A DNA stretch of 49,973 nucleotides. Origin: Candidatus Enterousia sp. (GTDB taxonomy: Bacteria; Pseudomonadota; Alphaproteobacteria; Rs-D84). Positions 8,111 through 19,000 of the stretch are shown here, in pieces. Made by a program: the position numbers and the translations under genes. The stretch covers positions 1 through 49,973 of the forward strand of contig JAZQGC010000033.1 of NCBI GenBank assembly GCA_045539815.1, in the 5' to 3' direction. Below the pieces are notes generated by a model. The model was not told where the DNA came from. It searched no databases and saw only the letters and a list, made by a program, of their open reading frames with translations. Within the stretch, counting starts at the first letter, position 1, and every line of letters begins with the position of its first letter.

Positions 8111-9826
8111 TTATTTTTTGCTGTTTTCAATTGCAGCGCCCAAGATGTCGCCCAAAACAGAACCACTGTCTGCTTCGTTTGCGAATTCTTTAACAGCCTG
8201 CTTTTCCAATGTAACCTGTAATGCACGGATAGACAATTTAACAGTGTTATCTTCAACAGAAACAACAGACGCTTCGACTGAATCACCAATGTTAAATTTA
8301 GATGTATCCTGTTCAGATTTTTCACGCGACAGGTCTGTACGACGGATAACACCGCGCGCATCACCTGGCAACGCCAAAATCAATTCATCAGGTGTAATTT
8401 CGGAAACTGTACCGCATACAACCGCGCCTTTCTTGATAGATACAGCGTTGTTTTCTGCGCTTTCGGTCAATTGCTTGATCCCCAATGTAACGCGTTCTTT
8501 TTCTGGATTGATATCCAAAATCTTTGCTGTTACTTCTTGGCCACGAACGAATTTTTTCAATTCTTCTTCGTCCAATTTGTTCCATGACAAATCAGAGATA
8601 TGAACCATACCATCTAATTCAGATGTCAAGGCAACAAACAAACCGAATTCAGTTGTGTTTTTAATTGGGCCTGTGATTACATCGCCAACATTGTGTGTTT
8701 CTGCAAATTGCTTCCATGGGTTTGGTTGCAACTGTTTGTAACCCAATGAAATACGACGTTTATCTTGGTCAATACCCAAAACAACAACATTTACATCCTG
8801 ACCGTTTTGCAATACTTTGCTTGGGTGGATGTTTTTGTTTGTCCAGGACAGTTCAGACATATGAACCAGACCTTCGATATTATTGCCCAAATCAATAAAT
8901 GCACCATAATCTGTTAATGAAGAAACCTTGCCAGATACTGTGTCGCCAACATTAAATGCACGTGACGCTGTATCCCATGGATCTTCTTCCAGTTGTTTTG
9001 CACCCAAAGAAATACGATGAGATTCTGGATCAAACTGAATAACCTTGACCTTGATCTTTTCGCCAACATGGACCAATTCACGTGGATGATTTACACGTTT
9101 CCAAGACAAGTCTGTTACGTGCAACAAACCATCAATACCGCCCAAGTCAACAAACACACCGTAATCTGTGATGTTTTTAACTGTACCTTCGATAACGGCA
9201 CCCAATTCGATATTTTTCATTGCTTCGCGTTGTGCTGCTGCGATTGTATCAGACTGAATCGCGCGGCGAGATACGATTGCGTTTGTGCGCAATGCATCCA
9301 TTTTCAATACGCGGAATTTATCTTTCAAGCCAATCAATGATTTTGCATCGCGGATTGGTTTATGATCAACCTGAGATGATGGCATAAACGCAAATACACC
9401 GTTAATATCAACAGTGAAACCACCACGAACAACATCGATAATTGTACCTTCTGGATCAATGCCTTCGGCAACTGTTTTTTCCAATTCTTTCCATGCTTTT
9501 TCTGCACGCGCCTTGGAATAAGACAGAACCGCAGTACCTTCGCGGGATTCATAACGTTCAACAAAAACGTCAATAATATCACCAACAGATGGTACAGATG
9601 CACCGAATTCTTTTAATGGAACGCGACCTTCGGATTTCAGGCCAACATCAACCATTGCAAAATCACCACGGATATCTTTGACTGTACCCTTGGTTGCATA
9701 GCCCTGTAATGTTTCTTGGGAACCGTAATTTGCGTCAAACATCTGGACAAAATCTTCGCCAGATAATGGATTAAATAAATCTTTGGATAAATCTTTCATC
9801 AGAAAATATTCATCAAAGTTTGCCAC
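8111..9826 (-). CDS. rpsA: 30S ribosomal protein S1
   Basis: 571 aa with six S1-domain repeats (e.g. GTVKDIRGDFAMVDVGLKSEGRVPLKEF, GTVKNITDYGVFVDLGGIDGLLHVTDLSW). Start is ambiguous: GTG at 9826 or ATG at 9799. Confidence 0.93.
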   Translation of the reverse strand: MANFDEYFLMKDLSKDLFNPLSGEDFVQMFDANYGSQETLQGYATKGTVKDIRGDFAMVDVGLKSEGRVPLKEFGASVPSVGDIIDVFVERYESREGTAVLSYSKARAEKAWKELEKTVAEGIDPEGTIIDVVRGGFTVDINGVFAFMPSSQVDHKPIRDAKSLIGLKDKFRVLKMDALRTNAIVSRRAIQSDTIAAAQREAMKNIELGAVIEGTVKNITDYGVFVDLGGIDGLLHVTDLSWKRVNHPRELVHVGEKIKVKVIQFDPESHRISLGAKQLEEDPWDTASRAFNVGDTVSGKVSSLTDYGAFIDLGNNIEGLVHMSELSWTNKNIHPSKVLQNGQDVNVVVLGIDQDKRRISLGYKQLQPNPWKQFAETHNVGDVITGPIKNTTEFGLFVALTSELDGMVHISDLSWNKLDEEELKKFVRGQEVTAKILDINPEKERVTLGIKQLTESAENNAVSIKKGAVVCGTVSEITPDELILALPGDARGVIRRTDLSREKSEQDTSKFNIGDSVEASVVSVEDNTVKLSIRALQVTLEKQAVKEFANEADSGSVLGDILGAAIENSKK

Positions 9827-9914
9827 CCTTCACCAAGCTTTCGGGTGGCACGGCCACCTAAAATCTCTCTGGGGGTCTTGTGGGGTTAATCGGACTGACT
9901 TTGCGCCCACCCGC
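9823..9914 (-). promoter_or_regulatory. GC-rich structured rpsA 5' leader with competing helices
   Basis: In the RNA sense there are one CCACCC segment (9853-9858) and three GGGTGG-type segments (9908-9913, 9844-9849, and 9823-9828 covering the GTG start) that could pair with it. Detail is in the findings. Confidence 0.4.
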
Positions 9915-9955
9915 AAAATCAACAGAATTATACAGTAAAAATATACATTTGCAAT

Positions 9956-9981
9956 AAAAAAATCCCCGTACAAACGGGGAT
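9956..9981 (-). terminator. Intrinsic terminator after plsX
   Basis: atccccgt (9962-9969) acaa acggggat (9974-9981). The minus-strand T-run corresponds to the A-run 9954-9962. Confidence 0.75.
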
Positions 9982-9986
9982 TATAC

Positions 9987-11051
9987 TTATTCTGTTTCTT
10001 GCAATTTTGCACGGATGACAGATAATGCACGGGCACGCTCTTCGATTAAACCGTTAAGATTCGCCTTGGTCAAATCAACAGCATATCGTATCGAATTCGC
10101 AAACGCCAACGCATCGCTGTTACCATGGGTTTTAAACGCAAATCCGCGCAACCCCAAAAATGTCGCACCCGCATATGAACGCGGATCAATCTTGTGTTTC
10201 AGACGCTTGAAAACATGCACCAAGAAAAACGCACCAATAATCGCCAATGCGGACTTCTTGAAATTTTCAACAATAACACGTTTTATTAATTTTGCCGTAC
10301 CTTCGACCGTTTTTAATACGATATTACCCGTAAAGCCGTCCGTAACAACAACCTGGACGCGACCGGCGCTGATATCGTTTGCTTCGACAAAACCGATATA
10401 TTCGTATGGCAAACTATCCTTGTTTTCTGTCAGAATTTTGTTTAAATGCACCAATGTTTCATTGCCCTTGGTTTCTTCGGAACCAATATTCAAAACCCCC
10501 AATTTTGGTTTTGGCATTTTACCAACAACTTCGGCATAAACACTGCCCAAGACGGCAAAATCAAACAAGATATTTTCATCACAATGAACATTTGCACCCA
10601 AATCCAAAACAACAACACGACTGTCCCCAGCACCAGATGGCAACATTGTTGTAATCGCAGGACGCGCAATCCCATCAATCGTTTTTAATGCCAATTTCGA
10701 CAAAGACATTAACATACCGGTATTTCCCGCACTGATAACAGCCGCAGATTTCCCCTCGCGTACGTCTTTGATCGCCATGTACATGGATGTATCCTGGGAA
10801 TGACGCAATACATCCATAACCTTGTCCGTACCCTTGATAACATTTGGCGCATTGATTATTTCGCAATTACGCGCAACGCGTGGATACTTGGACAACAGTT
10901 TACGCAAATTCTTGTCATCACCGAACAAGCGAAAGAAAACATCGCCTTCGCCATTTTGATATAAAAACTGATTTATACCACCCAATACCGCAACAGGCCC
11001 CTTGTCGCCGCCCATTGCATCAATAGAAATGATTTTTTTATCTTCTGACAT
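9987..11051 (-). CDS. plsX: Phosphate acyltransferase PlsX
   Basis: ORF 9987-11087. The likely start is the ATG at 11051 (MSEDKKIISIDAMGGDKGP). Motifs: VLDLGAN, GFTGNIVLK. rpmF-plsX synteny. Confidence 0.92.
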   Translation of the reverse strand: MSEDKKIISIDAMGGDKGPVAVLGGINQFLYQNGEGDVFFRLFGDDKNLRKLLSKYPRVARNCEIINAPNVIKGTDKVMDVLRHSQDTSMYMAIKDVREGKSAAVISAGNTGMLMSLSKLALKTIDGIARPAITTMLPSGAGDSRVVVLDLGANVHCDENILFDFAVLGSVYAEVVGKMPKPKLGVLNIGSEETKGNETLVHLNKILTENKDSLPYEYIGFVEANDISAGRVQVVVTDGFTGNIVLKTVEGTAKLIKRVIVENFKKSALAIIGAFFLVHVFKRLKHKIDPRSYAGATFLGLRGFAFKTHGNSDALAFANSIRYAVDLTKANLNGLIEERARALSVIRAKLQETE

Positions 11052-11123
11052 TGTAAAACGAAAAAAGCAGAAACAGGCACATGACATGCGCCCTGCTTCT
11101 GCATTATTTTGTATTTAATATAA

Positions 11124-11273
11124 TTATTTTGCACCGCATGCAGGACAAACATGATGTGGACGCTTCTTTTCGCCACATGTTTTGCATACACCGCATGGCA
11201 TTACAGACAATGCGTCATGTGAACGGCGTTGTGCGGAACGTGCTTTACTTGTTTTACTTTTTGGCGTTGCCAT
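11124..11273 (-). CDS. rpmF: 50S ribosomal protein L32
   Basis: Not in the ORF track (49 aa). My translation is MATPKSKTSKARSAQRRSHDALSVMPCGVCKTCGEKKRPHHVCPACGAK. It has the typical L32 N-terminus and a CxxC...CxxC zinc ribbon, and lies immediately upstream of plsX. Confidence 0.9.
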   Translation of the reverse strand: MATPKSKTSKARSAQRRSHDALSVMPCGVCKTCGEKKRPHHVCPACGAK

Positions 11274-11339
11274 TTTTCTATCCTTTTGATTTATAACTGT
11301 TCTATTTTATTCAATTCTTTACGATTTGCAAGTAAAAGT

Positions 11340-11738
11340 TTAATCGGATATAACCTGGGCACAAAACATACCATGATTATGCATCAGACCAATCACGGCA
11401 CTGTGATCATCCAGCCCCATATAAAACCGATATCCCTGTTGTTCCAATGATTTTATTGTAGCCAACTTGAAATCAGCAGTGGTGCCACAATAATCCTGGG
11501 GTTTACAATATATGCGCTTGTTAATATTTGGCAGCAGGTTGTTAATATGATTTTCAACCTTGGTTTGTCCCATTGCCCAACGACCCGTGATAAAAACAAT
11601 CGTAAAATCACGACCCAATGTTTCCAATATACGTATCATATTTTCATTAGGTTCACCAAATCTGTCATAATTAGGCAGCGCAAACTTATGACAAACAACA
11701 CCGTCTATATCACAAAAAATCGCAGGTATTTCTTGCAT
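11340..11738 (-). CDS. Small HAD-superfamily phosphatase-like protein (132 aa)
   Basis: Motif I CDIDGV, motif II ITGR, and a C-terminal GLDDH acidic motif. The size and layout recall the polynucleotide-kinase-type 3'-phosphatase or 5'-nucleotidase mini-HADs. The exact family is not resolved. Confidence 0.6.
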   Translation of the reverse strand: MQEIPAIFCDIDGVVCHKFALPNYDRFGEPNENMIRILETLGRDFTIVFITGRWAMGQTKVENHINNLLPNINKRIYCKPQDYCGTTADFKLATIKSLEQQGYRFYMGLDDHSAVIGLMHNHGMFCAQVISD

Positions 11739-11816
11739 ATTATCCCCCAGTTACCGACGCCCAGTCTGGCTGAGAATCAACCAAAACTGGGCGACTGTGT
11801 ATATTATTGGATGATA

Positions 11817-14800
11817 TTAGATATCCAACAACTGTTGTTGCGCATTACCTTCGCGTGCCAATTTTTCTGCCTTTTCTTCTTCTTTGGCAATTTCACGCAC
11901 ACGACGCACATATGCACCTGTTCCAATTGGAATCAAACGACCAACAATCAAGTTTTCGTTGATACCAACCAATTTGTCTGTTGAACCACTGATTGCAGCG
12001 TCAACCAATACCTTGGTTGTCTGTTGGAACGATGCGTTTGATATAAATGAACGCGATGTCAATGACGCACGGGTCAAACCAACCAATACCTGAGAGGCTT
12101 CGGCCAATCTGCCACCATCACGCGCAACACGCGCATTTTCTTCTTCGAAATCAACACGATCAACAACCGCGCCCATCAAGAATCCTGTATCACCCGGATT
12201 CGTGATTTCAACACGACGTGTCATTTCACGTATCAGAATTTCAATATGCTTGTCATTGATAACCACACCCTGCAAGCGGTAAACTTGCTGAATCTGTTCA
12301 ACCATAAATGTTGCCAGCGCCTTTTGCCCCAAGATACGCAAAATATCTTGTGGTACAGGATCACCATCAACCAACTTATCAGCCTTGCGTACGATATCAC
12401 CGCTGCGGACCAACAGGTTTGTACCCTTTGGAACAGCGTATTCAACCGGTGCAGAACCATCTGTTGGTTCAATACGGATGATAATCTTGGACTTTGCGTC
12501 TTCCAATTCAATCGTACCGTCAATTTCTGCCAATAATGCAGGATTTGTTGGACGACGAACTTCCAGCAATTCATTAACACGTGGCAAACCACCTGTAATG
12601 TCGCCTGTACGTTTTGTCTGAACAGGGATACGCGCCAAAACATCACCAGCAACAACTTTGTCGCCGTTGGCAACGTTCAATATCGAATATATTGGCAACA
12701 GATATTCTGCAATTCTTTTGCCACCCAACGATATAACATTACCAGATTCATCAACCAATGTTACAGCCGGTTTCAATGCCTTTTTAGTATTTGTCTTCCA
12801 GTTAATAACCTTGCGCGATACGATACCTGTCATGGAATCAACTTCTTCTTGGTATGATACGTTTTCAATCAGGTCATTAAAGTTTACAATACCGTCCTTT
12901 TCCGCGATGATTGTATTTGAATATGGATCCCATTCTGCAACCTTGGCACCCTTTTCAACCTGGTCGCCATCATTAACAATCAACATTGATGCATATGGTA
13001 AACCACAGCTGAACAATTCTTTACCTTCGTCATCAACAATGGCCATCTTGCCATTACGCGACAAGACAACAATACGGCCAGCACTGTTTGTAATTGTATT
13101 TATACCAGACAATTTAACAGTACCCGCAACAGGAACTTCGATAAAGTGACTTTCTGTACCACCGGCGGCAACACCACCAATGTGGAAAGTACGCAATGTT
13201 AACTGTGTTCCAGGTTCACCAATCGACTGGCCCGCGACAACACCAACAGCTTCGCCAACGTGTACCAATGAATTTCTGGACAAGTCCATACCATAACATT
13301 TTGCACACAGACCATCACTGCAACATGTCAGCACACTGCGAACATCAACAGATGGCAAACCAGATTCATTGATTTTCTTGGCCAATGATTTGGTGATTAA
13401 TTCGCCCGCAGGAACAATAACTTCCTTGGTTATCGGATGGATAACATCATGGGCCGCAGTACGTCCCAAAACAACATCACCCAGCGCAACAGACAATGTT
13501 GATCCCTGGTATACAGGTTTCGCAGTAATAAAGTCTGTTGTACCACAATCATGTTCTGTAACAACGGTATTCTGGGCCAATTCAACCAAACGACGTGTCA
13601 GGTAACCAGCGTCAGCTGTTTTCAACGCAGTATCCGACATACCCTTACGCGCACCGTGGGTGGATGTAAAGTATTCAGACATGGTCAGACCTTCTTTAAA
13701 GTTCGAAATAATTGGAACTTCGATAATAGAACCGTCTGGTTTCTGCATCATACCACGCATACCCGCCAACTGTTGAATCTGACGCTTGGAACCACGGGCA
13801 CCAGATAATGCCATCATATATACTGAATTCCATTCGTCACCAGTTGACTTGCCCAGCGCAGCATATGCCATATCACCCAGTTTGTCTGTTGTTTTCTGCC
13901 ACAAGTCAATCAACTTGTTATAACGTTCACCACCAGATAACAAACCGTTTTGATATTGTTCTTCAATTTCTGCAGCAGCCTTTTCAGAATCCGCAATTAA
14001 CGCCTTCTTTTCTTCTGGAATAACGATATCTTCGAAACCAATAGAAATACCACTGCGTGCCGCCTGTTCAAAACCAACGTTTTTCAATGCGTCCGCCAAT
14101 AAAATCATTGCCTTGTCACCACAACGTTCATAAGTTGTTGCCAACAATGCCTTGATTTCTTTTACAGGCATAACCTTGTTTACCAAATCAAATGGCATAT
14201 TTTCAGAATCTGGTAACAATTCACCCAAAATCATACGACCAGCAGTTGTTTTGTATGTTTTTCCCTTGATACGCGCAACAATTGGTGTATGCATCGTGAT
14301 AGACTTGTTTTCCAATGCCATCTGAACTTCGTCCATGTTCGCAAAACGTGGCGACTTTTCAGTGTGTTCACCATTAATCAACGATATATAGTACACACCC
14401 AAAACAATGTCCTGGGATGGAACAATCATTGGTTCACCGTTTGCAGGCGACAATACGTTATTAGATGATAACATCAGTGTACGCGCTTCTAATTGTGCCT
14501 CTAATGAAATTGGAACGTGAACAGACATCTGGTCACCGTCAAAGTCAGCGTTAAACCCAGCACATACCAATGGATGCAGACGGATTGCCTTGCCTTCTAT
14601 CAAAACAGGTTCAAATGCCAACAATGACAATCTGTGCAATGATGGCGCACGGTTCAACAATACAGGATGTTCATGGATAACACTTTCCAAAATTTCCCAT
14701 ACAATATCTTCGCCATTTTCAACCATCTTGCGGGCTGTTTTAATCGTATTTGCATAATCGCCAGCCATCAAACGCGCATAAACAAATGGACGGAACAATT

Positions 14801-15926
14801 CCAATGCCATTGTCTTGGGCAGACCAACCTGATGCAATTTTAATGTTGGACCAGACACAATAACAGAACGACCAGAATAGTCAACACGTTTACCCAACAT
14901 GTTCATACGGAAACGACCAGATTTACCGCGCAAAGAATCAGATAATGATTTCAATGGACGACGATTCTGGGATACCATTGGACGCGCCTTGTGCCCGTTA
15001 TCAAACAATGAATCAACCGCTTCTTGTAACATACGTTTTTCATTGCGGATAATAATATCTGGCGCATGCATATCCATAAAACGTTTTAAACGGTTGTTAC
15101 GAATAATTACACGACGATACAAATCATTTAAGTCAGACGCCGCAACATGTCCCGCATCCAATGTAACCAATGGACGCATATCAGGTGGAATAACCGGAAT
15201 AATATCAGGCATCATCCATGCAGGATCTGTTTTTGAATCCAAAAATGCTTCGACCAATTTTAATTGCTTAATCAGGCCCTTGCGTTTTGCTTCGGATTTT
15301 GTATCCGCCAATTCTGCACGCAGACGTGTACGTTCATCGCCCATATCCAAATTGGATATAATAGAACGAACACCTTCGGCACCAATACCAACATGGAACG
15401 CATCTGCGCCAAATTCTTCGACCGCAGCCTGGTATTCATCTTCGCTGATAACATCATATTGTTTCAAGTTAGTTAAACCTGGTTCAATAACAATATATGC
15501 ATCATAAGAAATAACCTGTTCCAATTTCTTTTGTGGCAGATTATTTAACAATGTTGCGATTTTACCTTCGCGCAGGAACCATGTGTGCGCAACAGGCATC
15601 GCCAATTTGATATGCCCCATACGTTCGCGACGAACAGATGATGGACCAACTTCTACGCCACAACGTTCACAAACAATACCACGGAATTTGATTCTTTTAT
15701 ACTTACCGCAGGCACATTCGTAATCTTTGACTGGTCCAAAAATCTGCTGACAGAACAGACCTTCGGCTTCTGGTTTCATGGAATGATAGTTAATGGTTTC
15801 TGGTTTTTTAACCTCGCCATGGGACCAAGATAAAATTTCTTCTGGGGATGCTATTGTAATACGCAACGCATCAAATTGTTCCTTGGTTTCTATCTGTCCA
15901 AATATCTTTTGCAACATTTTGCTCAT
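11817..15926 (-). CDS. rpoC: DNA-directed RNA polymerase subunit beta'
   Basis: 1369 aa. Zinc motif CACGKYKRIKFRGIVCERCGVEV and catalytic NADFDGD. SD aaaggag upstream. rpoB-rpoC synteny. Confidence 0.98.
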   Translation of the reverse strand: MSKMLQKIFGQIETKEQFDALRITIASPEEILSWSHGEVKKPETINYHSMKPEAEGLFCQQIFGPVKDYECACGKYKRIKFRGIVCERCGVEVGPSSVRRERMGHIKLAMPVAHTWFLREGKIATLLNNLPQKKLEQVISYDAYIVIEPGLTNLKQYDVISEDEYQAAVEEFGADAFHVGIGAEGVRSIISNLDMGDERTRLRAELADTKSEAKRKGLIKQLKLVEAFLDSKTDPAWMMPDIIPVIPPDMRPLVTLDAGHVAASDLNDLYRRVIIRNNRLKRFMDMHAPDIIIRNEKRMLQEAVDSLFDNGHKARPMVSQNRRPLKSLSDSLRGKSGRFRMNMLGKRVDYSGRSVIVSGPTLKLHQVGLPKTMALELFRPFVYARLMAGDYANTIKTARKMVENGEDIVWEILESVIHEHPVLLNRAPSLHRLSLLAFEPVLIEGKAIRLHPLVCAGFNADFDGDQMSVHVPISLEAQLEARTLMLSSNNVLSPANGEPMIVPSQDIVLGVYYISLINGEHTEKSPRFANMDEVQMALENKSITMHTPIVARIKGKTYKTTAGRMILGELLPDSENMPFDLVNKVMPVKEIKALLATTYERCGDKAMILLADALKNVGFEQAARSGISIGFEDIVIPEEKKALIADSEKAAAEIEEQYQNGLLSGGERYNKLIDLWQKTTDKLGDMAYAALGKSTGDEWNSVYMMALSGARGSKRQIQQLAGMRGMMQKPDGSIIEVPIISNFKEGLTMSEYFTSTHGARKGMSDTALKTADAGYLTRRLVELAQNTVVTEHDCGTTDFITAKPVYQGSTLSVALGDVVLGRTAAHDVIHPITKEVIVPAGELITKSLAKKINESGLPSVDVRSVLTCCSDGLCAKCYGMDLSRNSLVHVGEAVGVVAGQSIGEPGTQLTLRTFHIGGVAAGGTESHFIEVPVAGTVKLSGINTITNSAGRIVVLSRNGKMAIVDDEGKELFSCGLPYASMLIVNDGDQVEKGAKVAEWDPYSNTIIAEKDGIVNFNDLIENVSYQEEVDSMTGIVSRKVINWKTNTKKALKPAVTLVDESGNVISLGGKRIAEYLLPIYSILNVANGDKVVAGDVLARIPVQTKRTGDITGGLPRVNELLEVRRPTNPALLAEIDGTIELEDAKSKIIIRIEPTDGSAPVEYAVPKGTNLLVRSGDIVRKADKLVDGDPVPQDILRILGQKALATFMVEQIQQVYRLQGVVINDKHIEILIREMTRRVEITNPGDTGFLMGAVVDRVDFEEENARVARDGGRLAEASQVLVGLTRASLTSRSFISNASFQQTTKVLVDAAISGSTDKLVGINENLIVGRLIPIGTGAYVRRVREIAKEEEKAEKLAREGNAQQQLLDI

Positions 15927-15960
15927 TATATTTCGCTCCTTTCAGTCGCTTAAAGAGTTG

Positions 15961-16023
15961 TTAGTGGTTAGTTCTTAGTGTTCAGGTTCCGAACCCAAAA
16001 ATGGGTTCGGAACTAACCACTAA
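15961..16023 (-). other. 63-nt nested hairpin in the rpoB-rpoC spacer, overlapping the rpoB stop codon
   Basis: Inner perfect 12-bp stem gttccgaaccca (15986-15997) / tgggttcggaac (16002-16013) with a 4-nt loop. Outer 10-bp stem ttagtggtta (15961-15970) / taaccactaa (16014-16023). No T-run. Confidence 0.7.
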
Positions 16024-19000
16024 TCTATTTTCTTGGGTGTCATTGCCAGACCCAAACCGCGCAATTCACGAACCAATACATTAAATGCTTCTGGTGTGCC
16101 TGTTTGGATATCGTTATTGCCCGAAACAATAGATTCATACATCTTGTTTCGGCCCGCGATATCGTCAGACTTTACCGTCAACATTTCACGCAGCAAGTGT
16201 GCGGCACCGTGTGCTTCCAATGCCCATACTTCCATTTCACCCAAACGCTGACCACCCATGTGGGCCTTACCCGACAGAGGTTGTTGAGTTACCAAGGAAT
16301 AGCTGCCTGTGGAACGCGCGTGAATCTTCTCATCAACAAAGTGATGCAACTTTAACATGTACATAACACCAACAGTTACTGGACGGGCAAACTTTTCGCC
16401 GGTCATACCGTCATATAATGTAAACTGACCTGTTTCTGGCAAACCAGCCAATTTTAACATGTTACGGATATCTTCTGATGACGCACCGTTAAATGTCGGT
16501 GTTGCCATTGGAACCCCGTCACGCAATAATGCGGCCTGGGCACGGACATCTGTATCCGTCATTTTTTCCAGTTTTTCAGCCGTCGCTGGCCCATAGATTT
16601 TGCCCATAATATTGCGCAAATCATCTGTAACCGCACGTTTGGCCTTTACTTCGTCCAAAACTGCACCAATCTGGGCACCCAATGTGCGGGCAGCCATACC
16701 AAGGTGAGTTTCCAAAATCTGACCAATGTTCATACGCGATGGCACACCCAATGGATTCAAAACAATGTCAACCGGTGTACCGTCTGCCAGGTATGGCATA
16801 TCTTCCACAGGAACAACCTTGGATACGATACCCTTGTTTCCGTGACGACCGGCCATCTTGTCACCCGGTTGCAATTTCATTTTGTGCGCGATATAAACCT
16901 TGACTTCTTTCAAAACGCCTGCACTTAAAGAATTGCTTTCTGTTGCCTTGGATACTTCGGCATCAGCTTTTTCATTCAACTGTTTCAACTTGATAACATG
17001 TTGTTCACGCAATTCGTCAATCTTGGCCTGGGCTTCTTTGTTTTTAACAACCAGCTTTTTGACATCAGATGCCTTGATACCATCAAATACTTCTGATGTT
17101 AATTTTTTACCAATAAATGGTTTTACGCTGCCTGTGCCAGCTTCGATAACCAGACCTTCGGCGATTTGGAATATCTGATCTGCAAAACCTTTTTCAATAA
17201 TCGCAACTTCTTCATCACGATCCTTGTTAATTTTTTCAATCTTTTGCAGTTCAATCATCTGGGTACGTTCGTCTTTCTTGACGCCATGACGTGTCAATAC
17301 GCTGACGCCGATAACGGTACCTTCTTCGTTTGGTCCAACGCGCAAAGATGTATCTTTTACATTTAATGCCTTTTCACCAAAGATGTTACGCAATAACGCC
17401 TCTTCTGGGGTTAACAAGGTTTCTGATTTAGGTGTTACACGACCAACCAAAATATCGCCTTGTTTTACACGGGCACCAACATAAATAATACCAGATTCGT
17501 CCAGATTCTTTAACGCTTCTTCACCAACATTTGGAATATCGCGTGTCAAAGATTCTGGGCCCAATTGAGTATCACGAACCTTGAATTCCTTTTCAACGAT
17601 TTTTACAGATGTAAATACGTCATCACGTGAAATACGTTCGGAAATAACAATCGAGTCTTCATAGTTATATCCGCGCCATGGCATAAACGCAACCAGTACA
17701 TTGCGACCCAATGCCAATTCACCGTAATTCATCGAAGAACCGTCTGCAATAATATCACCAGCAGATATACGATCGCCAACCTTGACCAATGGTTTTTGGT
17801 GTATCAATGTTTCACTGTTGGAGCGTTCAAATTTTTCCAAATTATAAATATCAACGCCAGTTACAACATTGCGGCTGTTCATACATTTAACCACGATACG
17901 ATTTGCGTCAACAGATTCAACAATACCACTGTGTTTTGCAACCTTACCCGTACGAGAATCACGCGCAACTTCGCGTTCAATACCCGTTCCGACCAATGGT
18001 GCCTGAACACGCAATAATGGAACGCCCTGACGTTGCATGTTTGAACCCATCAATGCACGGTTCGCGTCGTCATTTTCAACAAATGGAATCAAACCAGTTG
18101 CAATTGATACCACCTGACGTGGTTCAACGTCAATCAAGTCAACTTCGTCTTTGGCAACCATTGTAAATTCGCCATCAACACGCGCCGTTACCATTTCTTC
18201 GGCCAATGTATAATCTGCTGAAATCGGGGTATTTCCCTGGGCAATCTTATGACCCAATTCTTCGTCCGCTGTCAGATATATCATCTTGTCTGTAACACGA
18301 CCGTTTTCAACAACATAGTATGGCGTTTCAATAAACCCGTATGGATTTACACGCGCATATGTTGCCAAGTGGTTAATCAGACCAATATTTGCACCTTCGG
18401 GTGTGTGAATTGGACACAGACGGCCATAGTGTGTTGGATGAACGTCACGAACATCAATACCGGCACGTTCACGATTCAAGCCCCCTGGACCCAATGCAGA
18501 AATCAAACGCTTGTGTTCCAATTCAGACAATGGATTATATGCATCCATAAACTGGGACAATTGCGATGTACCCAAGAATTCTGATACCAATGACATCAAT
18601 GGCTTTACATTAATAACTTCCTGGGGTTGCATATTTGCAATATTTGGACTGGACAACGCTTCGCGTACCAGACGTTCAATACGAACCATACCTGTGCGGA
18701 AGTTTTGTTCCAACAATTCACCAACCGTGCGAACACGACGATTTGACAGGTTGTCAATATCATCAACAGTATCTTTACGATCGATAATGTTTGTTAATGT
18801 TTTCAATACCGCCAAGAAGTCAGACTTTGTTAACAAACGTTCATCTTCTGGTTTTTTACCAGATTCAATTTTCAAACGCTTGTTCATCTTGAAACGACCA
18901 ACCGCGGACAAATCGTAATACGCAGGTTCAAAACCCTGGCGCAGGAACAGATTTATTGCCGCTTCTAATGTTGGGCGTTCACCTGGACGGATAATGTTAT

